This document shows positions 1 through 11,103 of a stretch of 64,000 nt of DNA, piece by piece (position 1 is the first letter of the stretch; every line of letters starts with the position of its first letter). The stretch spans positions 800,001 to 864,000 of the forward strand of contig OZ245056.1 of the NCBI GenBank assembly GCA_965224705.1, given 5' to 3'. The DNA is from Spirochaetaceae bacterium (lineage in GTDB: Bacteria; Spirochaetota; Spirochaetia; DSM-2461). Made by a program: the position numbers and the translations under genes. Below the pieces are notes generated by a model, which was not told the origin of the DNA, made no database searches, and saw only the letters and a list, made by a program, of their open reading frames with translations.

Positions 1-2003
1 TCACGGTTTTTGATGGAATCCGTCACCCGGTTCATCAAATTTTTCCATGCAACTTCATCCAGGCGGGGAGAAGTATGCGCCAGATAGATGAGTTGGAAGA
101 GAGACTCCAGGTCTTCTTCAGTAGAATATCCCTGCATTCCCTCGAATTCCCTGTATAAACCGACCTGGAGTGAGACATCCTTACCGGTGAGGATTCTATG
201 AAGATCCGACGGTGAATGGTTTCCAAGTCCGCCCTCCTCAACGGCATCTGAAACAAACTGTGATGAGATGTATAGGTCATCTTCAACCAGAGAAGAACCG
301 CCGACACTGATGGATTCAAACAGGATTTCATCCTGTACAAAATCAGTGACTTTGTACAAAACTCTGGCGTTATTCGAGAGTATAAGAGTCACAATGTCTG
401 TTCCCGGAATGGTGCCTCGTGAAATAATGCGGCCGGATTTCGGTGGATTCTCCACCAGGGGGCCGGAAACGGTTTTTTCAGTCCAGGCCGCCAATTCCAT
501 GGATTCAACGTCCTGGAGAATCTGACGAAGGTCTTCCTCCTGAATACTGGTAACAGCCTCTGTTGATGGTCCTGTTACATAGACGACCCGGTTTGAGGGA
601 TTCAGGAGTACTCTGGTCCTTTCACCAACTTCTTCCAGAGTAATCAGGGGCAGGAAATCCTGTACGGATTTCCATTGCCAATCAATGGAGGGATAGGGAT
701 CTCCATACGTGAATGCTTCAATGTAACTGTTCACACGAAAGGCTGATTCACGATCGTTACGCTTCTTCCAGAAGTTTTCAGTCATGCTGAACATGTTTGT
801 TTTTGCTCTCTCCAGTTCAGAAGGGAGGAAGCCATATTTTCGTACACGTTCTACTTCCATAAGAAGTCCCTGAAACCCTTCCATTACCCCATCCTCATTA
901 ACAGAGGCACTCATCGAAGAAAATGTCGTATCTGCTGTGTAAGGATATGCAAATGCCCAGCCGCGAAGGAAGGGAGGATTCTCATTCCTGCTCACTTCCT
1001 CCAATCTCTGCTGCAGCATTGAGTAAAAGAGTTCTTCTATCAGATTCTCCTTAAAGTCTATTCGATTGATTGCGGGGATGGGATCATGCTTCACATGCAG
1101 GGTGACGTTGGTCTCTGTTTCCTCATCGTCATGAATCACTTTTATGAGTGTTTCCTCGTGGCGGGCTATTGGGTAGATCGGTCTTGGCCGGGGATTGGGT
1201 GTACCCGGCTGACGATTGAAGAGATTTTGTATTTTTTCGACTGTTTCATCGGCATCAAAATCACCGACAGCGATGACGGCCATCAAATCAGGTCTGTACC
1301 AATCCCTGTAATAACGTTTCAGGTCTGACAATGAGGCATTGAGCACCACATCCATGTCTCCAATCGGCAATCGTTCGGCATGTCTGGAACCCTTAAACAG
1401 GATGGGAAATATCTGATTACTTATCCTCGAATACGCACCACGGCTTCCCCTCCATTCTTCGTAAACAACAGCCCGTTCTTTTTCAAGCTCTTCTTCATCA
1501 AGCGTTGCATGGAAGGCCCATTCTTTGAGTACATCCAATCCACGGGTGAATACTTCCTCATCTTCAGTCGGTACGGACAGTCTATAGACAGTATTATCAA
1601 AGGATGTGTAGGCATTGAGATCAGGACCGAACTCCATACCAAGAGACTCAAGAAAATCAATCAACTCGTTGGCGGGATATTTCTCGGTTCCGTTAAAAAG
1701 CATGTGTTCCAGCAGATGAGCAAGTCCCAACTGAGTCTCATCCTCTAAAACCGACCCTGCTTTTATAACCAGCCGAAGTTCGGCTGTACCGGAGGGTTTG
1801 TCGTTGGAACAGACATAGTAGGTAAGGCCATTGTCCAGAGTTCCATAGCGTACATCCGGGTCATTTATAATGAGATCGGCATAATCAGCCAGATCGGATT
1901 TCTGTTCTGATTCGGGTTGTGCCCGGGCAGAACTCAATGCTGCCGCCAGGGTAAGTACGGCCAGTATTCCAAGAATACGGGGTAAAACAGCTGTAAAAGT
2001 CAT
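1..2003 (-). CDS. M16-family zinc peptidase (PqqL-like), 3' end runs off the window
   Basis: Absent from the ORF track, presumably because no stop falls inside the window. Manual translation from ATG 2003 gives a signal peptide (MTFTAVLPRILGILAVLTLAAALSSARA), then GTLDNGLTYYV...KAGSVLEDETQLGLAHLLEHMLFNGT with the inverted HxxEH zinc motif. Confidence 0.9.
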   Translation of the reverse strand, partial: MTFTAVLPRILGILAVLTLAAALSSARAQPESEQKSDLADYADLIINDPDVRYGTLDNGLTYYVCSNDKPSGTAELRLVIKAGSVLEDETQLGLAHLLEHMLFNGTEKYPANELIDFLESLGMEFGPDLNAYTSFDNTVYRLSVPTEDEEVFTRGLDVLKEWAFHATLDEEELEKERAVVYEEWRGSRGAYSRISNQIFPILFKGSRHAERLPIGDMDVVLNASLSDLKRYYRDWYRPDLMAVIAVGDFDADETVEKIQNLFNRQPGTPNPRPRPIYPIARHEETLIKVIHDDEETETNVTLHVKHDPIPAINRIDFKENLIEELFYSMLQQRLEEVSRNENPPFLRGWAFAYPYTADTTFSSMSASVNEDGVMEGFQGLLMEVERVRKYGFLPSELERAKTNMFSMTENFWKKRNDRESAFRVNSYIEAFTYGDPYPSIDWQWKSVQDFLPLITLEEVGERTRVLLNPSNRVVYVTGPSTEAVTSIQEEDLRQILQDVESMELAAWTEKTVSGPLVENPPKSGRIISRGTIPGTDIVTLILSNNARVLYKVTDFVQDEILFESISVGGSSLVEDDLYISSQFVSDAVEEGGLGNHSPSDLHRILTGKDVSLQVGLYREFEGMQGYSTEEDLESLFQLIYLAHTSPRLDEVAWKNLMNRVTDSIKNR

Positions 2004-2009
2004 GGAGGA

Positions 2010-2038
2010 ATACTAGTGCTGAATCATGCATTGATCAA
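2010..2038 (-). promoter_or_regulatory. Putative sigma70 promoter, leaderless-type, for the M16 peptidase
   Basis: Minus strand reads TTGATC-17 bp-TAGTAT-6 nt-ATG, with no Shine-Dalgarno. Confidence 0.5.
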
Positions 2039-3651
2039 GTATCAAGCACCGGGAAAAATGCCGTACGGAGGAGTTTTTGCGTGTAGGGATGCTGTGGACT
2101 GGTAAAAATGCGGCTTGCAGAACCAGTTTCCACAATTTTGCCATCTTTCATCACAGCAACGGTATGGCAGAGGCTGCGGACAACAGCCATGTCATGGCTT
2201 ATAAATATGTAGGTAAGTCCTTTACTTTCCTGGAGTTCCCTGAGCAGAGCCATCACCTGGAATTGTACGGTTCTATCCAGGGAGGAAGTTGGTTCATCCA
2301 GTATAAGAAGCTGTGGTTCCAGAACCAGAGCTCGAGCCAGGGCAATACGCTGCCGCTGACCGCCGGAAAACTGATTGGGGTAGCGATTACGGAGTTCAGG
2401 ATCCAGACCAACTTCTTCCATGGCTTTGATAATCATGGCCTCCCTGTCTGATTTATCGCCAATTCTGTGAATTCCCAATCCCTCGCCGATAATGCTCTCC
2501 GCTGTCATTCTTGGACTCAAGGAACCATAGGGATCCTGGAAGATAATCTGGATGTGCCGCCGGAGGGGTCGTAGGGCTCCAGGATCCAGATCCGATATGG
2601 CCGAGCCGTCAAAGATGATACTTCCTTCACTGTTTTCAAGCCTGAGAAGGGCCTTGCCCAGAGTTGTTTTTCCCGACCCGCTCTCGCCAACCACACCCAG
2701 GGTTTGCCCCTGCTGGACATGGGCACTCACACAATCAACGGCCTTCACAAAGCCGATGGTACGGCGGAAAAAGCCTCGCTGGATTGGGAAATGAACTTTG
2801 AGATTCCGGAACTCCATCAGAGAAGATGCTTTTTCATCGGATTCAGGAGATTGTTCTCCGGGTTCGGTTTCCAATAGAGTTTTTGTGTACTCATGGGCAG
2901 GGGAAGAAAATAGATCTTCCGTCAGCCCTTCTTCCACGATGTACCCATCCTTCATCACCGCCATCCGTTCCGCAAATCTTTTCACAATGCCTAAATCATG
3001 AGTAATAAAGAGAATGGCCATACCCGTTTCCTTCTGTAGTTTTTTGATCAGCAGGAGCACTTCCGCCTGGATGGTTACATCCAGTGCCGTGGTTGGTTCA
3101 TCGGCGATGAGAAGTTTCGGATGGTTTATCATGGCCAGAGCAATCATGACACGCTGGCGTTCTCCTCCGGAGAGTTGATGGGGATAGGCATTGAGACGTT
3201 TTTCCGCATCTCTCAAACCAACGTGTTTCAGCCAGTCCAGTGCAATGGGTGTGGCCTGGGCCGAATCAAGATTCTGGTGGAGAGCCAGAGGCTCGGTCAA
3301 CTGTTTTTTCATTGTATGAAGGGGGTTGAGGGATGTGAGGGGCTCCTGGAAGATTGTTCCAATGGCCGAACCTCGAAGAGATCGCAGATGGGATTCACTG
3401 GCATCCAGTATTGAGGTACCGTCAAAGTTGATGCTGCCGCCAGTATACCCAACTAATTCTTCTGGATACAGCCGGAGAACGGACAGAGCTGTTACGGTTT
3501 TGCCGCTTCCACTCTCACCCACCAGGGCCAGGGTTTTGCCGGAAGCAAGATTCAGGTTAACGCCATGGATAACTTCGTTTATTCTATCATCCTTGCGAAA
3601 TCCAGCACGAAGATCGCGGATCTCCAGTAGATCAGTTTTTTCAGAATTCAT
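2035..3651 (-). CDS. yejF: Peptide ABC transporter double-domain ATPase
   Basis: Two Walker A motifs (GESGSGKT) and LSGGE/FSGGQ signatures; in operon with yejABE. Confidence 0.85.
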   Translation of the reverse strand: MNSEKTDLLEIRDLRAGFRKDDRINEVIHGVNLNLASGKTLALVGESGSGKTVTALSVLRLYPEELVGYTGGSINFDGTSILDASESHLRSLRGSAIGTIFQEPLTSLNPLHTMKKQLTEPLALHQNLDSAQATPIALDWLKHVGLRDAEKRLNAYPHQLSGGERQRVMIALAMINHPKLLIADEPTTALDVTIQAEVLLLIKKLQKETGMAILFITHDLGIVKRFAERMAVMKDGYIVEEGLTEDLFSSPAHEYTKTLLETEPGEQSPESDEKASSLMEFRNLKVHFPIQRGFFRRTIGFVKAVDCVSAHVQQGQTLGVVGESGSGKTTLGKALLRLENSEGSIIFDGSAISDLDPGALRPLRRHIQIIFQDPYGSLSPRMTAESIIGEGLGIHRIGDKSDREAMIIKAMEEVGLDPELRNRYPNQFSGGQRQRIALARALVLEPQLLILDEPTSSLDRTVQFQVMALLRELQESKGLTYIFISHDMAVVRSLCHTVAVMKDGKIVETGSASRIFTSPQHPYTQKLLRTAFFPVLDT

Positions 3652-4667
3652 CAGGATGCCTTCCGGGGATCGAATGCATCCCGTACCGCTTCACCGGTGA
3701 ATACAAGCAGGGAAAGAATAAGGGCCAGTACGATGAAGGTCGATATACCAAGCCATGGTGCCTGAAGATTCGCCTTGGCCTGGGCCAGAAGGCCTCCAAG
3801 GGATGGTGACCCCGGAGGCAGGCCGAAACCAAGAAAATCAAGAGCCGTTATGGAAGTAATGGCTCTGCTCAGGGTAAAAGGGGCAAAGGTAAGTGTGGCG
3901 GCCATGGCATTGGGAAGTATGTGAAAATAGATAATTCTGCTGTCAGAGAGACCCATCGCTTTGGCCGCCAGAACATACTCAAAGTTTCGTACCCGGAGAA
4001 ATTCAGCCCTGACGACACCGACGAATCCCATCCAGCTGAAAAGAAGGAGTATGCCCAGCAGCCACCAGAAATTGGGCTGTACCACACTCGATAATATGAT
4101 GAGGATGAAGAGTGTGGGCAAACTCCCCCACACTTCAATAAAACGCTGGCCCAGAATGTCTATTTTTCCCCCATAGTATCCCATGACAGCCCCCACTGAT
4201 ACACCGGCTATGGCTGAAAATATAGTGAGGGTCAGTCCAAAAATGACGGAGAGACGGAAACTGTAAATGGTTTGGGCAAGTACATCCCGGCCTCTGTCGT
4301 CAGTGCCCAGGAGGTTTTCAGCTGTTGGAGGAGATGGAGCCGGACTGGGCAGGTTGTAGTTGATTGTATTGTAGCTGAACCGGATGGGCGGCCAGATCAT
4401 CCACCCATGAGAATTGATAAGGCTGGCAACAAAAGGATCACGATAGTCAGCAGAAGTCTCAAAGACTCCGCCAAAAGTAGTTTCAGGATAGTCAATAAAG
4501 ATGGGCAGATAAAACCGCCCCTGATACCTGAGAAGGATGGGGTTCTCATTGGCCAGAAATTCGGCAAACAGAGTGATAAAAAACAGAATTCCGAAAATTC
4601 TGGCTGAAACAGATCCAAGTTTGTTCCGTTTGAATCGCCTGAGACGTTCGGCCATGAGTGCATTCAT
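3651..4667 (-). CDS. yejE: Peptide ABC transporter permease
   Basis: YPETTFGG and LGTDDRGRDVLA motifs plus EAA loop. Start placed at MNALMAER (4667), just after the yejB stop. Confidence 0.85.
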   Translation of the reverse strand: MNALMAERLRRFKRNKLGSVSARIFGILFFITLFAEFLANENPILLRYQGRFYLPIFIDYPETTFGGVFETSADYRDPFVASLINSHGWMIWPPIRFSYNTINYNLPSPAPSPPTAENLLGTDDRGRDVLAQTIYSFRLSVIFGLTLTIFSAIAGVSVGAVMGYYGGKIDILGQRFIEVWGSLPTLFILIILSSVVQPNFWWLLGILLLFSWMGFVGVVRAEFLRVRNFEYVLAAKAMGLSDSRIIYFHILPNAMAATLTFAPFTLSRAITSITALDFLGFGLPPGSPSLGGLLAQAKANLQAPWLGISTFIVLALILSLLVFTGEAVRDAFDPRKAS

Positions 4668-4668
4668 T

Positions 4669-5769
4669 CTAAATGGACCTCCTCTCAAAATCGATTCTGG
4701 GATCCACAACCGTGTACATGAGATCGGAAACAAGGCCCATGACCAGGCCCAGCAGTGTCGAGATGTACAGGGTACCGAACATCACCGGGTAATCCCTCTG
4801 CATCACCGCTTCAAATCCAAGAAGTCCTATTCCATTGAGTGAGAATATAGTTTCGATAATGACAGATGAAGTAAACAGCATGGAGATGAAGGCCCCGGGA
4901 AATCCTGCAATGATGATGAGCATGGCATTTCGAAACACATGTCCAATCAATATCCCGTGCTCGGTTAACCCCTTGGATCGTGCGGTCATGACATACTGCT
5001 TGCCGATTTCATTCATAAATGAGTTCTTGGTGAGCAGGGTAAGGGATGCGAATCCGCCAATGAGCATGGCAGAGAGTGGAAGAACCAGATGCCGGAAGTA
5101 ATCAAGAATTTTCATCCCGAAGCTCAAATCTTTCCAGTTGGAGGAGACCAGTCCTCTGAGTGGAAAAATGGAGAGGAACGATCCGCCGGCAAAGAAAACA
5201 ATGAGAAGGATGGCAAACAGAAATGATGGTATGGCATTCCCGAAGATGACGATGGCACTGCTCCAGCGGTCAAACGGCGATCCGTCCCTGACAGCCTTGT
5301 ATATGCCCAGGGGAATTGAAATCAGATAGACAAGAAGAGTTGTCCATAGCCCCAGGGAAATGGATACCGGCATGCGTTCAAGTATGAGTCTGATCACTGA
5401 CTGTGCTTTGAAAAGGCTGTCTCCGAAATCAAAGCTGATGTAATCCCGAAGCATTTGAAAGTAACGGATGTGCAGAGGCTTATCAAAACCGTACTGCTTT
5501 TCAATGGCTGCGATGATCTCCGGGTCAAGTCCCCGTGCACCCCGGTATTGACTCATGGGCTGGGTTTCGCTGTCTGCCGTGCCGGATTCATTCTGCCCGA
5601 TGCCGGATATGCGTTCCATGGCCATGTTGGATGTTATTCCCTGGGCCTTTGCGATGGCCTGTTCCACAGGTCCGCCCGGGGCAACCTGGACGATGAAGAA
5701 ATTGATTGTAATAACAGCCCAGAGAGTGGGAACTATTAACAGCAGCCGACGAAGGATGTACGATCCCAA
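4669..5769 (-). CDS. yejB: Peptide ABC transporter permease
   Basis: [31 protein letters not shown] and [11 protein letters not shown] motifs. Confidence 0.88.
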   Translation of the reverse strand: MGSYILRRLLLIVPTLWAVITINFFIVQVAPGGPVEQAIAKAQGITSNMAMERISGIGQNESGTADSETQPMSQYRGARGLDPEIIAAIEKQYGFDKPLHIRYFQMLRDYISFDFGDSLFKAQSVIRLILERMPVSISLGLWTTLLVYLISIPLGIYKAVRDGSPFDRWSSAIVIFGNAIPSFLFAILLIVFFAGGSFLSIFPLRGLVSSNWKDLSFGMKILDYFRHLVLPLSAMLIGGFASLTLLTKNSFMNEIGKQYVMTARSKGLTEHGILIGHVFRNAMLIIIAGFPGAFISMLFTSSVIIETIFSLNGIGLLGFEAVMQRDYPVMFGTLYISTLLGLVMGLVSDLMYTVVDPRIDFERRSI

Positions 5770-5781
5770 ATCAGCTTCCTG

Positions 5782-7683
5782 TTATCGTGATGGAAGACGA
5801 GCTTCTTTTTCCTCATCTATCCACCAGGTGGAGAGTCCATTGCTGTACCGGGGTTTTACGGCGGGCCTGTCAAACATATCCCAGAAGGCAACTCTGGTGG
5901 TGGAGGAATACCATTGAAATATGCCGTAGTGATTCCACTGCAGCACTCGATCAAAGGCTCTGCCCCAATGGACAAGTGCAGCGTTATCATTTTGATGTTC
6001 AACAATGCCTTCAACCAGATAATCCACTGCGGAATCTGTTACACCGGAGTGATTGTAAGTGCTGTCAATATAATCGGAATGCCATCTGAGTTTCAGACTG
6101 GAGTCAGGAAAGAATTCCCCCGAGAACGGGAATGTAATCATATCGTAATCCAGATTATGCAGACGATTGAGATACTGAGTTGTATCCACAAGACGGAGTT
6201 GGAGATCCACACCAATCTTTTTAAGGTTTTCCTGATAAGTTACTGCAATGCGTTCGTTGGAGGGACTGTACACAAGGAATTCCAATGCAAGGGGCTCATC
6301 AGTCTCAGCATTCACCATTTTCTGATCTTTTATTATCCAGCCCGCATCGGCCAGTAAATCCAGGGCCCGGGCTATGTGACTGCGGATATTGCCTGATCCA
6401 TCCGTTTTGGGAGGCTGGTATTCCTGTGTAAACACCCTGGGGGGAATCGCATTCCGAATCGGTGAGAGGATTTCCACTTCTTCCGGTGATGGGGTGCCCA
6501 TGGCTTCAAAGGGAGTGTTCTGGAAGTAGCTGCGGGTTCGTGTGTATTGGCTGTAGAAGAGATTTTTGTTCAGCCACTCAAAGTCCATCATCAGCCCCAG
6601 AGCTTCACGAACCTGCCTGTCCTGCAGCTGCTCTTTTTGAATATTGAAAATGTATCGCCGGATGGTGGGGGGGGATTCATCAGACAACTCTTCTTTTTTG
6701 ATATACCCCGCATCGAAATTGGGCCCGGTGTATTGGGTGGCCCATTGCTTGGAGACGCCTTCCACCCGAAGGTCAATCTTACCTGCTTTCAATGCCTCGA
6801 GTTTGACCACGTCATCACGATACATGTCATAACGAATATAATCAAAGTTCTGTGTTCCTTTGATGGCTGGTATATTCATCGCCCAGTAATCCTTGAGCCG
6901 TTCATACACAACATACTGACCCATGGCATAATCGGACACGATGTAGGCTCCGCTGCCTGAAGGCGGTTCCCTGAGCGGCTCGGACAAATCTCTTCCTTCC
7001 CAGTAGCGGGGAGACAGAATTATCAGCTGTCCAAGGGAGATGAGCATTTCTTTGTCACCGCTGGTGAGTGTGAATTTCACTCGTAATTCATCCAGTGCCT
7101 CGACGGATGAAATATTGGCGTAGTAGGTTTTGAACTGGGGGACTCCTTCGTCCATGAATTTATTGAATGAGAAAACCACATCATCAGCCGTAATAGACTG
7201 ACCATCCTGATGTCTGGCTTCCTGTCGAATATGAAAAGTTATCCAGGAGTAATCCGGAGGATATTCCATCTTTTCCGCAATAAGCCCATAGTACACTTCC
7301 ACTTCATCCAGGCTCATTGTTGTTAAGGTGTCATAAAACAGGGAAGAACTGGGTGCCGACTCTCCCCGCTGGGCATAACGGTTGAAGCTGCCGAAGGTGC
7401 CGGTACCGGCCATCACAATAGTTCCGCCTTTGGGAGCTTCGGGATTAACATATTCAAAATGAGTAAAATCCGGCGGGTACTTTGGCTCACTTCTCTGTGA
7501 TATGGCATGGGTAACAACAACGCCGTCAGCGTTCAATTTCTCCACGGGATTGGGAGGAACCGTTCGATTGGATACATCCTCCACCGGGGAGGCATTTTCT
7601 ACTTCGGGACGGGCATTTTCGCCGGGGCCGCAGGAGGTCAGCAAAATCAGACTGATAAACAGGCTGAATAAACGGTATTTCAT
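5782..7683 (-). CDS. yejA: Peptide ABC transporter substrate-binding lipoprotein
   Basis: Lipobox LLTSC; PKYPPDFTHFEYVNPEAPKGG typical of YejA-like family-5 binding proteins. Confidence 0.85.
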   Translation of the reverse strand: MKYRLFSLFISLILLTSCGPGENARPEVENASPVEDVSNRTVPPNPVEKLNADGVVVTHAISQRSEPKYPPDFTHFEYVNPEAPKGGTIVMAGTGTFGSFNRYAQRGESAPSSSLFYDTLTTMSLDEVEVYYGLIAEKMEYPPDYSWITFHIRQEARHQDGQSITADDVVFSFNKFMDEGVPQFKTYYANISSVEALDELRVKFTLTSGDKEMLISLGQLIILSPRYWEGRDLSEPLREPPSGSGAYIVSDYAMGQYVVYERLKDYWAMNIPAIKGTQNFDYIRYDMYRDDVVKLEALKAGKIDLRVEGVSKQWATQYTGPNFDAGYIKKEELSDESPPTIRRYIFNIQKEQLQDRQVREALGLMMDFEWLNKNLFYSQYTRTRSYFQNTPFEAMGTPSPEEVEILSPIRNAIPPRVFTQEYQPPKTDGSGNIRSHIARALDLLADAGWIIKDQKMVNAETDEPLALEFLVYSPSNERIAVTYQENLKKIGVDLQLRLVDTTQYLNRLHNLDYDMITFPFSGEFFPDSSLKLRWHSDYIDSTYNHSGVTDSAVDYLVEGIVEHQNDNAALVHWGRAFDRVLQWNHYGIFQWYSSTTRVAFWDMFDRPAVKPRYSNGLSTWWIDEEKEARLPSR

Positions 7684-7698
7684 AAGACTCCTCAGGTT

Positions 7699-9621
7699 TT
7701 AAGGTGGACTGGCCATTGCAATTCCTGCTGCCGAGATAATTGATTCCACTATTTCGGGATTCAACAATGTACTTATATCGCCAAGATCGGACACATCTTT
7801 TTCGGCCACTTTCCTTAAGATTCTCCGCATGATTTTTCCAGACCGTGTTTTGGGTAATCCATCGACAACCAGTATAATATCCGGGCGCGCCAGGGGCCCA
7901 ATGATCTTGTTAATTGTTGAAACAACCGATTCCTTCATCTTCTCGACATCATGGCTCTCCGCATCACTTTCATAGACAACAAAGGCATAGATGCCCTGTC
8001 CCTTAATCTCATGAGGATAACCAACGACCGCAGATTCATTGACCAGGGGATGCTCATTGATCGCATTCTCAATTTCAGCCGTACCCAGACGGTGACCGGA
8101 AACATTGATTACATCATCCACCCGGCCCAGTATGCGGTAATAACCGTCTTCATCACGTCTGCATCCATCGCCTGTAAAATACAAATTCTTATACGAGGAG
8201 AAATATGTCTTACGGCATCTCTCATGGTCGCCATAGGTTGTACGCAATATACCGGGCCATGGATACTTGATGCAGAGGTTTCCTTCCACGCCGTTACCCT
8301 TTAGTTCGTTTCCGGCATCATCCACCAGCAGGGGCTGGATTCCTGGAAGCGGCATTGTTGCACAGGTGGGTTTTGTGGGTGTAATTCCAGGCAGGGGAGA
8401 AATCATAACACCCCCTGTTTCAGTTTGCCACCAGGTATCGACGATGGGACATTTGTTCTTACCCACATGATCGTGATACCAATGCCATGCTTCTTCATTG
8501 ATGGGTTCACCAACGGTTCCGATAACTCTCAGGGAGCTCAGATTACTTCTCTGGACATATTCCAGACCCCGGGCCTGCAATGCCCTGATAGCGGTGGGTG
8601 CTGTATAAAACTGATTGACCCCGTATTTCTCCACAACTTCCCAGAATCGGCCTGCATCGGGAAAGGTTGGTACCCCCTCAAACATCAGGGTGGTTGCCCC
8701 TGAAAGCAGCGGCCCATAGATAATGTAGCTGTGCCCTGTAATCCAGCCGATATCAGCCGTACACCAGAAAATATCTCCGGAATTGTACTGGAAGACGTTT
8801 CTGAATGTATATTGACTGTAGACCATGTAGCCGCCCGTTGTATGAACAACTCCCTTTGGTTTACCTGTTGAGCCACTTGTATAAAGGATGAACAGCAGAT
8901 CCTCGCTATCCATCACCTCTGCCTCATTTTCACTTGAGACACCGGCAATAACTTCATCCCACCAGACATCCCTTCCGGTCTTCATGGTGATCGAACAGCC
9001 AGTTCGCTTCAATACAATGCAGCGTTTCACACAGGGTGTTGTCTCAAGGGCTTCATCGACAATCTTTTTGATCTCCAGTATTTTGCTTCCTCTGTATCCT
9101 CCATCACTGGTGATGACTGTGCTTGCGTTCGCATCGTTGATTCTATCGGCCAGAGCTTTGGCGGAAAATCCCGCAAAGACAACGGAATGAACAGCTCCAA
9201 TCCTTGCACAGGCCAGCATGGCAATTGCAGACTCCGGCACCATTGGCATGTAGAGTACAACCCGGTCTCCCTTCCTGACACCCTGCTTCAACAATCCATT
9301 TGAAAATCGGCAGACTTCGTCAAATAATTCTTTGTATGTAAGCCTGCGGCCTTCTTCCCCGGGATCATTGGGTTCCCAGATAATGGCAGTCTGTTTCCCA
9401 AGTGTGAAGAGGTTGCGTTCAAAGATGTTCTCAGTGATGTTGAGTTTTCCATTCTTAAACCATTCCACTTCAGGCTTTTCAAAATCCCATTTCAGGACTT
9501 CATCCCATTTCTTCCTCCAGTGAAAATCCTCTGCTATAGCAGCCCAGAATGATTCCGGGTCAGCAATGCTTTTCTGATATTCATGGATGTATCCACCCAA
9601 ACTGCTTATTCTTGAAGCCAT
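7699..9621 (-). CDS. acs: Acetyl-CoA synthetase
   Basis: YTSGSTGKPKG, DTWWQTETGG and PKTRSGKIMRR motifs. Confidence 0.95.
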   Translation of the reverse strand: MASRISSLGGYIHEYQKSIADPESFWAAIAEDFHWRKKWDEVLKWDFEKPEVEWFKNGKLNITENIFERNLFTLGKQTAIIWEPNDPGEEGRRLTYKELFDEVCRFSNGLLKQGVRKGDRVVLYMPMVPESAIAMLACARIGAVHSVVFAGFSAKALADRINDANASTVITSDGGYRGSKILEIKKIVDEALETTPCVKRCIVLKRTGCSITMKTGRDVWWDEVIAGVSSENEAEVMDSEDLLFILYTSGSTGKPKGVVHTTGGYMVYSQYTFRNVFQYNSGDIFWCTADIGWITGHSYIIYGPLLSGATTLMFEGVPTFPDAGRFWEVVEKYGVNQFYTAPTAIRALQARGLEYVQRSNLSSLRVIGTVGEPINEEAWHWYHDHVGKNKCPIVDTWWQTETGGVMISPLPGITPTKPTCATMPLPGIQPLLVDDAGNELKGNGVEGNLCIKYPWPGILRTTYGDHERCRKTYFSSYKNLYFTGDGCRRDEDGYYRILGRVDDVINVSGHRLGTAEIENAINEHPLVNESAVVGYPHEIKGQGIYAFVVYESDAESHDVEKMKESVVSTINKIIGPLARPDIILVVDGLPKTRSGKIMRRILRKVAEKDVSDLGDISTLLNPEIVESIISAAGIAMASPP

Positions 9622-9785
9622 ATCTACTCCTTCGAACCTGTCTTTTTACAATTCAACTTCTGCTGAATCACTCTGCCTTTCCCAAGCAGAGTAATGGATA
9701 AAACAAATCCCATCAATAAAACTTATGATAAAAATTGGAATGTCCTCTATCGACCCAATCATGTATTGATCTGTTATGGTTTACA

Positions 9786-9899
9786 GAGTGTCAGAAAGCT
9801 TGTTAAATGGAAAAACATTTCTTTAGTACGACTGTTTTGATGACTTAGAACCCTGCAATTACCCGGAACAGTGGGAATTCAACAAGCTTTCTGACACTC
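9786..9899. mobile_element. 114-bp MITE sharing terminal inverted repeats with the IS at 12677-13933
   Basis: Perfect 19-bp inverted repeat: GAGTGTCAGAAAGCTTGTT (9786-9804) and AACAAGCTTTCTGACACTC (9881-9899). It matches the IS end at 13914-13933. Confidence 0.85.
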
Positions 9900-9925
9900 G
9901 CTAAGGCTAACAATCTGGTGCGCGG

Positions 9926-10759
9926 CTACCTGGCGGCAATACAGACAATACCCGTAATCGCCATAATAAATCCAGCCAGTCTCAACACTCCCATATTCTC
10001 GTGGAATACAATTTTTTGAAGCAAAACTGTTGGAGCCGGGTAAAGAGCAACAAGTGTTGATGCAACGATGAGCAGCCCTGATCGTGTTGCAAGCAGGAAG
10101 AGAATATTAGCCCCCATGTCGAGAATACCTGCCCCCAGAGTCGCAATCCTTGTTCCCGAAGCAAGTATCAAAGGTTGACGGCGAACTAATGCCAGTAATA
10201 GAAGAGCTGGCACTCCGGCTGTTCGAGCCGCGAGGAGCGGCAGAAGACCGGAATCGTCTCCGCTCCGGGAAATAAGAATGAAAAACCCTCCAAAACCCAG
10301 CCCGGAAATGAATCCGCTGCACAGGGAGTCTTTTACAGAATGACCAGAGTAGTCTCTTTCCATGGCAAGCAGTACTGTAGCAGGGACAGCCAGTCCCACT
10401 CCCATCCAATCCAATAAATCAGGACGTTCCCCGACGAAAACTCCAAACAGAACCGGTAAAATGGTTCCGATTACAGCAGAAACCGGAGAAACAATGGCCG
10501 CCAATCCTGTCGATAATCCATGGTAAAGAAATCCAATACCTGCCGATCCTGCCATACCCGCGGCCATTCCCCAGATCCAGGAATCCAGAGACAAATGAAA
10601 CGACCCCAGAAGTGGCTGAACAGCCAGAACCGTTACAGCACCCATGAACTGGGACCAGATTACAACAGAAAGAATGGGACTTCGCCGTGCTGCCAATCCT
10701 CCAGTAAAATCAGCACAGCCATAGAATAGCGAAGAAAGAACGGCAAAAACTACAGTCAC
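9926..10759 (-). CDS. DMT/EamA-family membrane transporter
   Basis: About 10 hydrophobic segments, YGCADFTGG and LYPAPTVLL motifs; GGAGG RBS before the GTG start. Confidence 0.8.
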   Translation of the reverse strand: MTVVFAVLSSLFYGCADFTGGLAARRSPILSVVIWSQFMGAVTVLAVQPLLGSFHLSLDSWIWGMAAGMAGSAGIGFLYHGLSTGLAAIVSPVSAVIGTILPVLFGVFVGERPDLLDWMGVGLAVPATVLLAMERDYSGHSVKDSLCSGFISGLGFGGFFILISRSGDDSGLLPLLAARTAGVPALLLLALVRRQPLILASGTRIATLGAGILDMGANILFLLATRSGLLIVASTLVALYPAPTVLLQKIVFHENMGVLRLAGFIMAITGIVCIAAR

Positions 10760-10941
10760 TCAAATCCTCCATGATGAACGCAGCTGAAAGACAGTACTAT
10801 GGTCACTTGTTTCACACAGTAGACAGATTCAAAGAACTGGACAGGGATGTATCTTCCGGACACGAACGAGTGCTCACGAATTAAGTTTGAGTCGGCGGCA
10901 TTCAATGCCGGTAACTGTCAATCTCTCAAACAGGAGACTAG

Positions 10942-11103
10942 GAGTCTGTCGGACTTTAAGGCTTCGAGGCGATTTTTGATGATTTTTTCCTGATGCAAGG
11001 CGACAAAAACTTAAGCGTAGCTGGGCTACGTGAGTATTTTGGCAACGCAGCAGCAGGGAAAAAGGGCAAAAATCGAGCCGTGAGGCGTAAGTCCGACAGA
11101 CTC
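10942..11103 (+). repeat. ~162-bp structured TIR repeat (MITE-like), copy 1
   Basis: 15-bp TIR GAGTCTGTCGGACTT/AAGTCCGACAGACTC, flanked on both sides by CTAG. The right CTAG contains the stop of 11104-12096. Confidence 0.92.

Noticed and set aside
35..1748. Several short ORFs listed in the first 1.8 kb
   Set aside because: They are shadows of the long minus-strand M16 peptidase frame.
10760..10937. Riboswitch upstream of the EamA transporter
   Set aside because: Only a small CGGCAT/ATGCCG hairpin; no aptamer consensus that I recognise.
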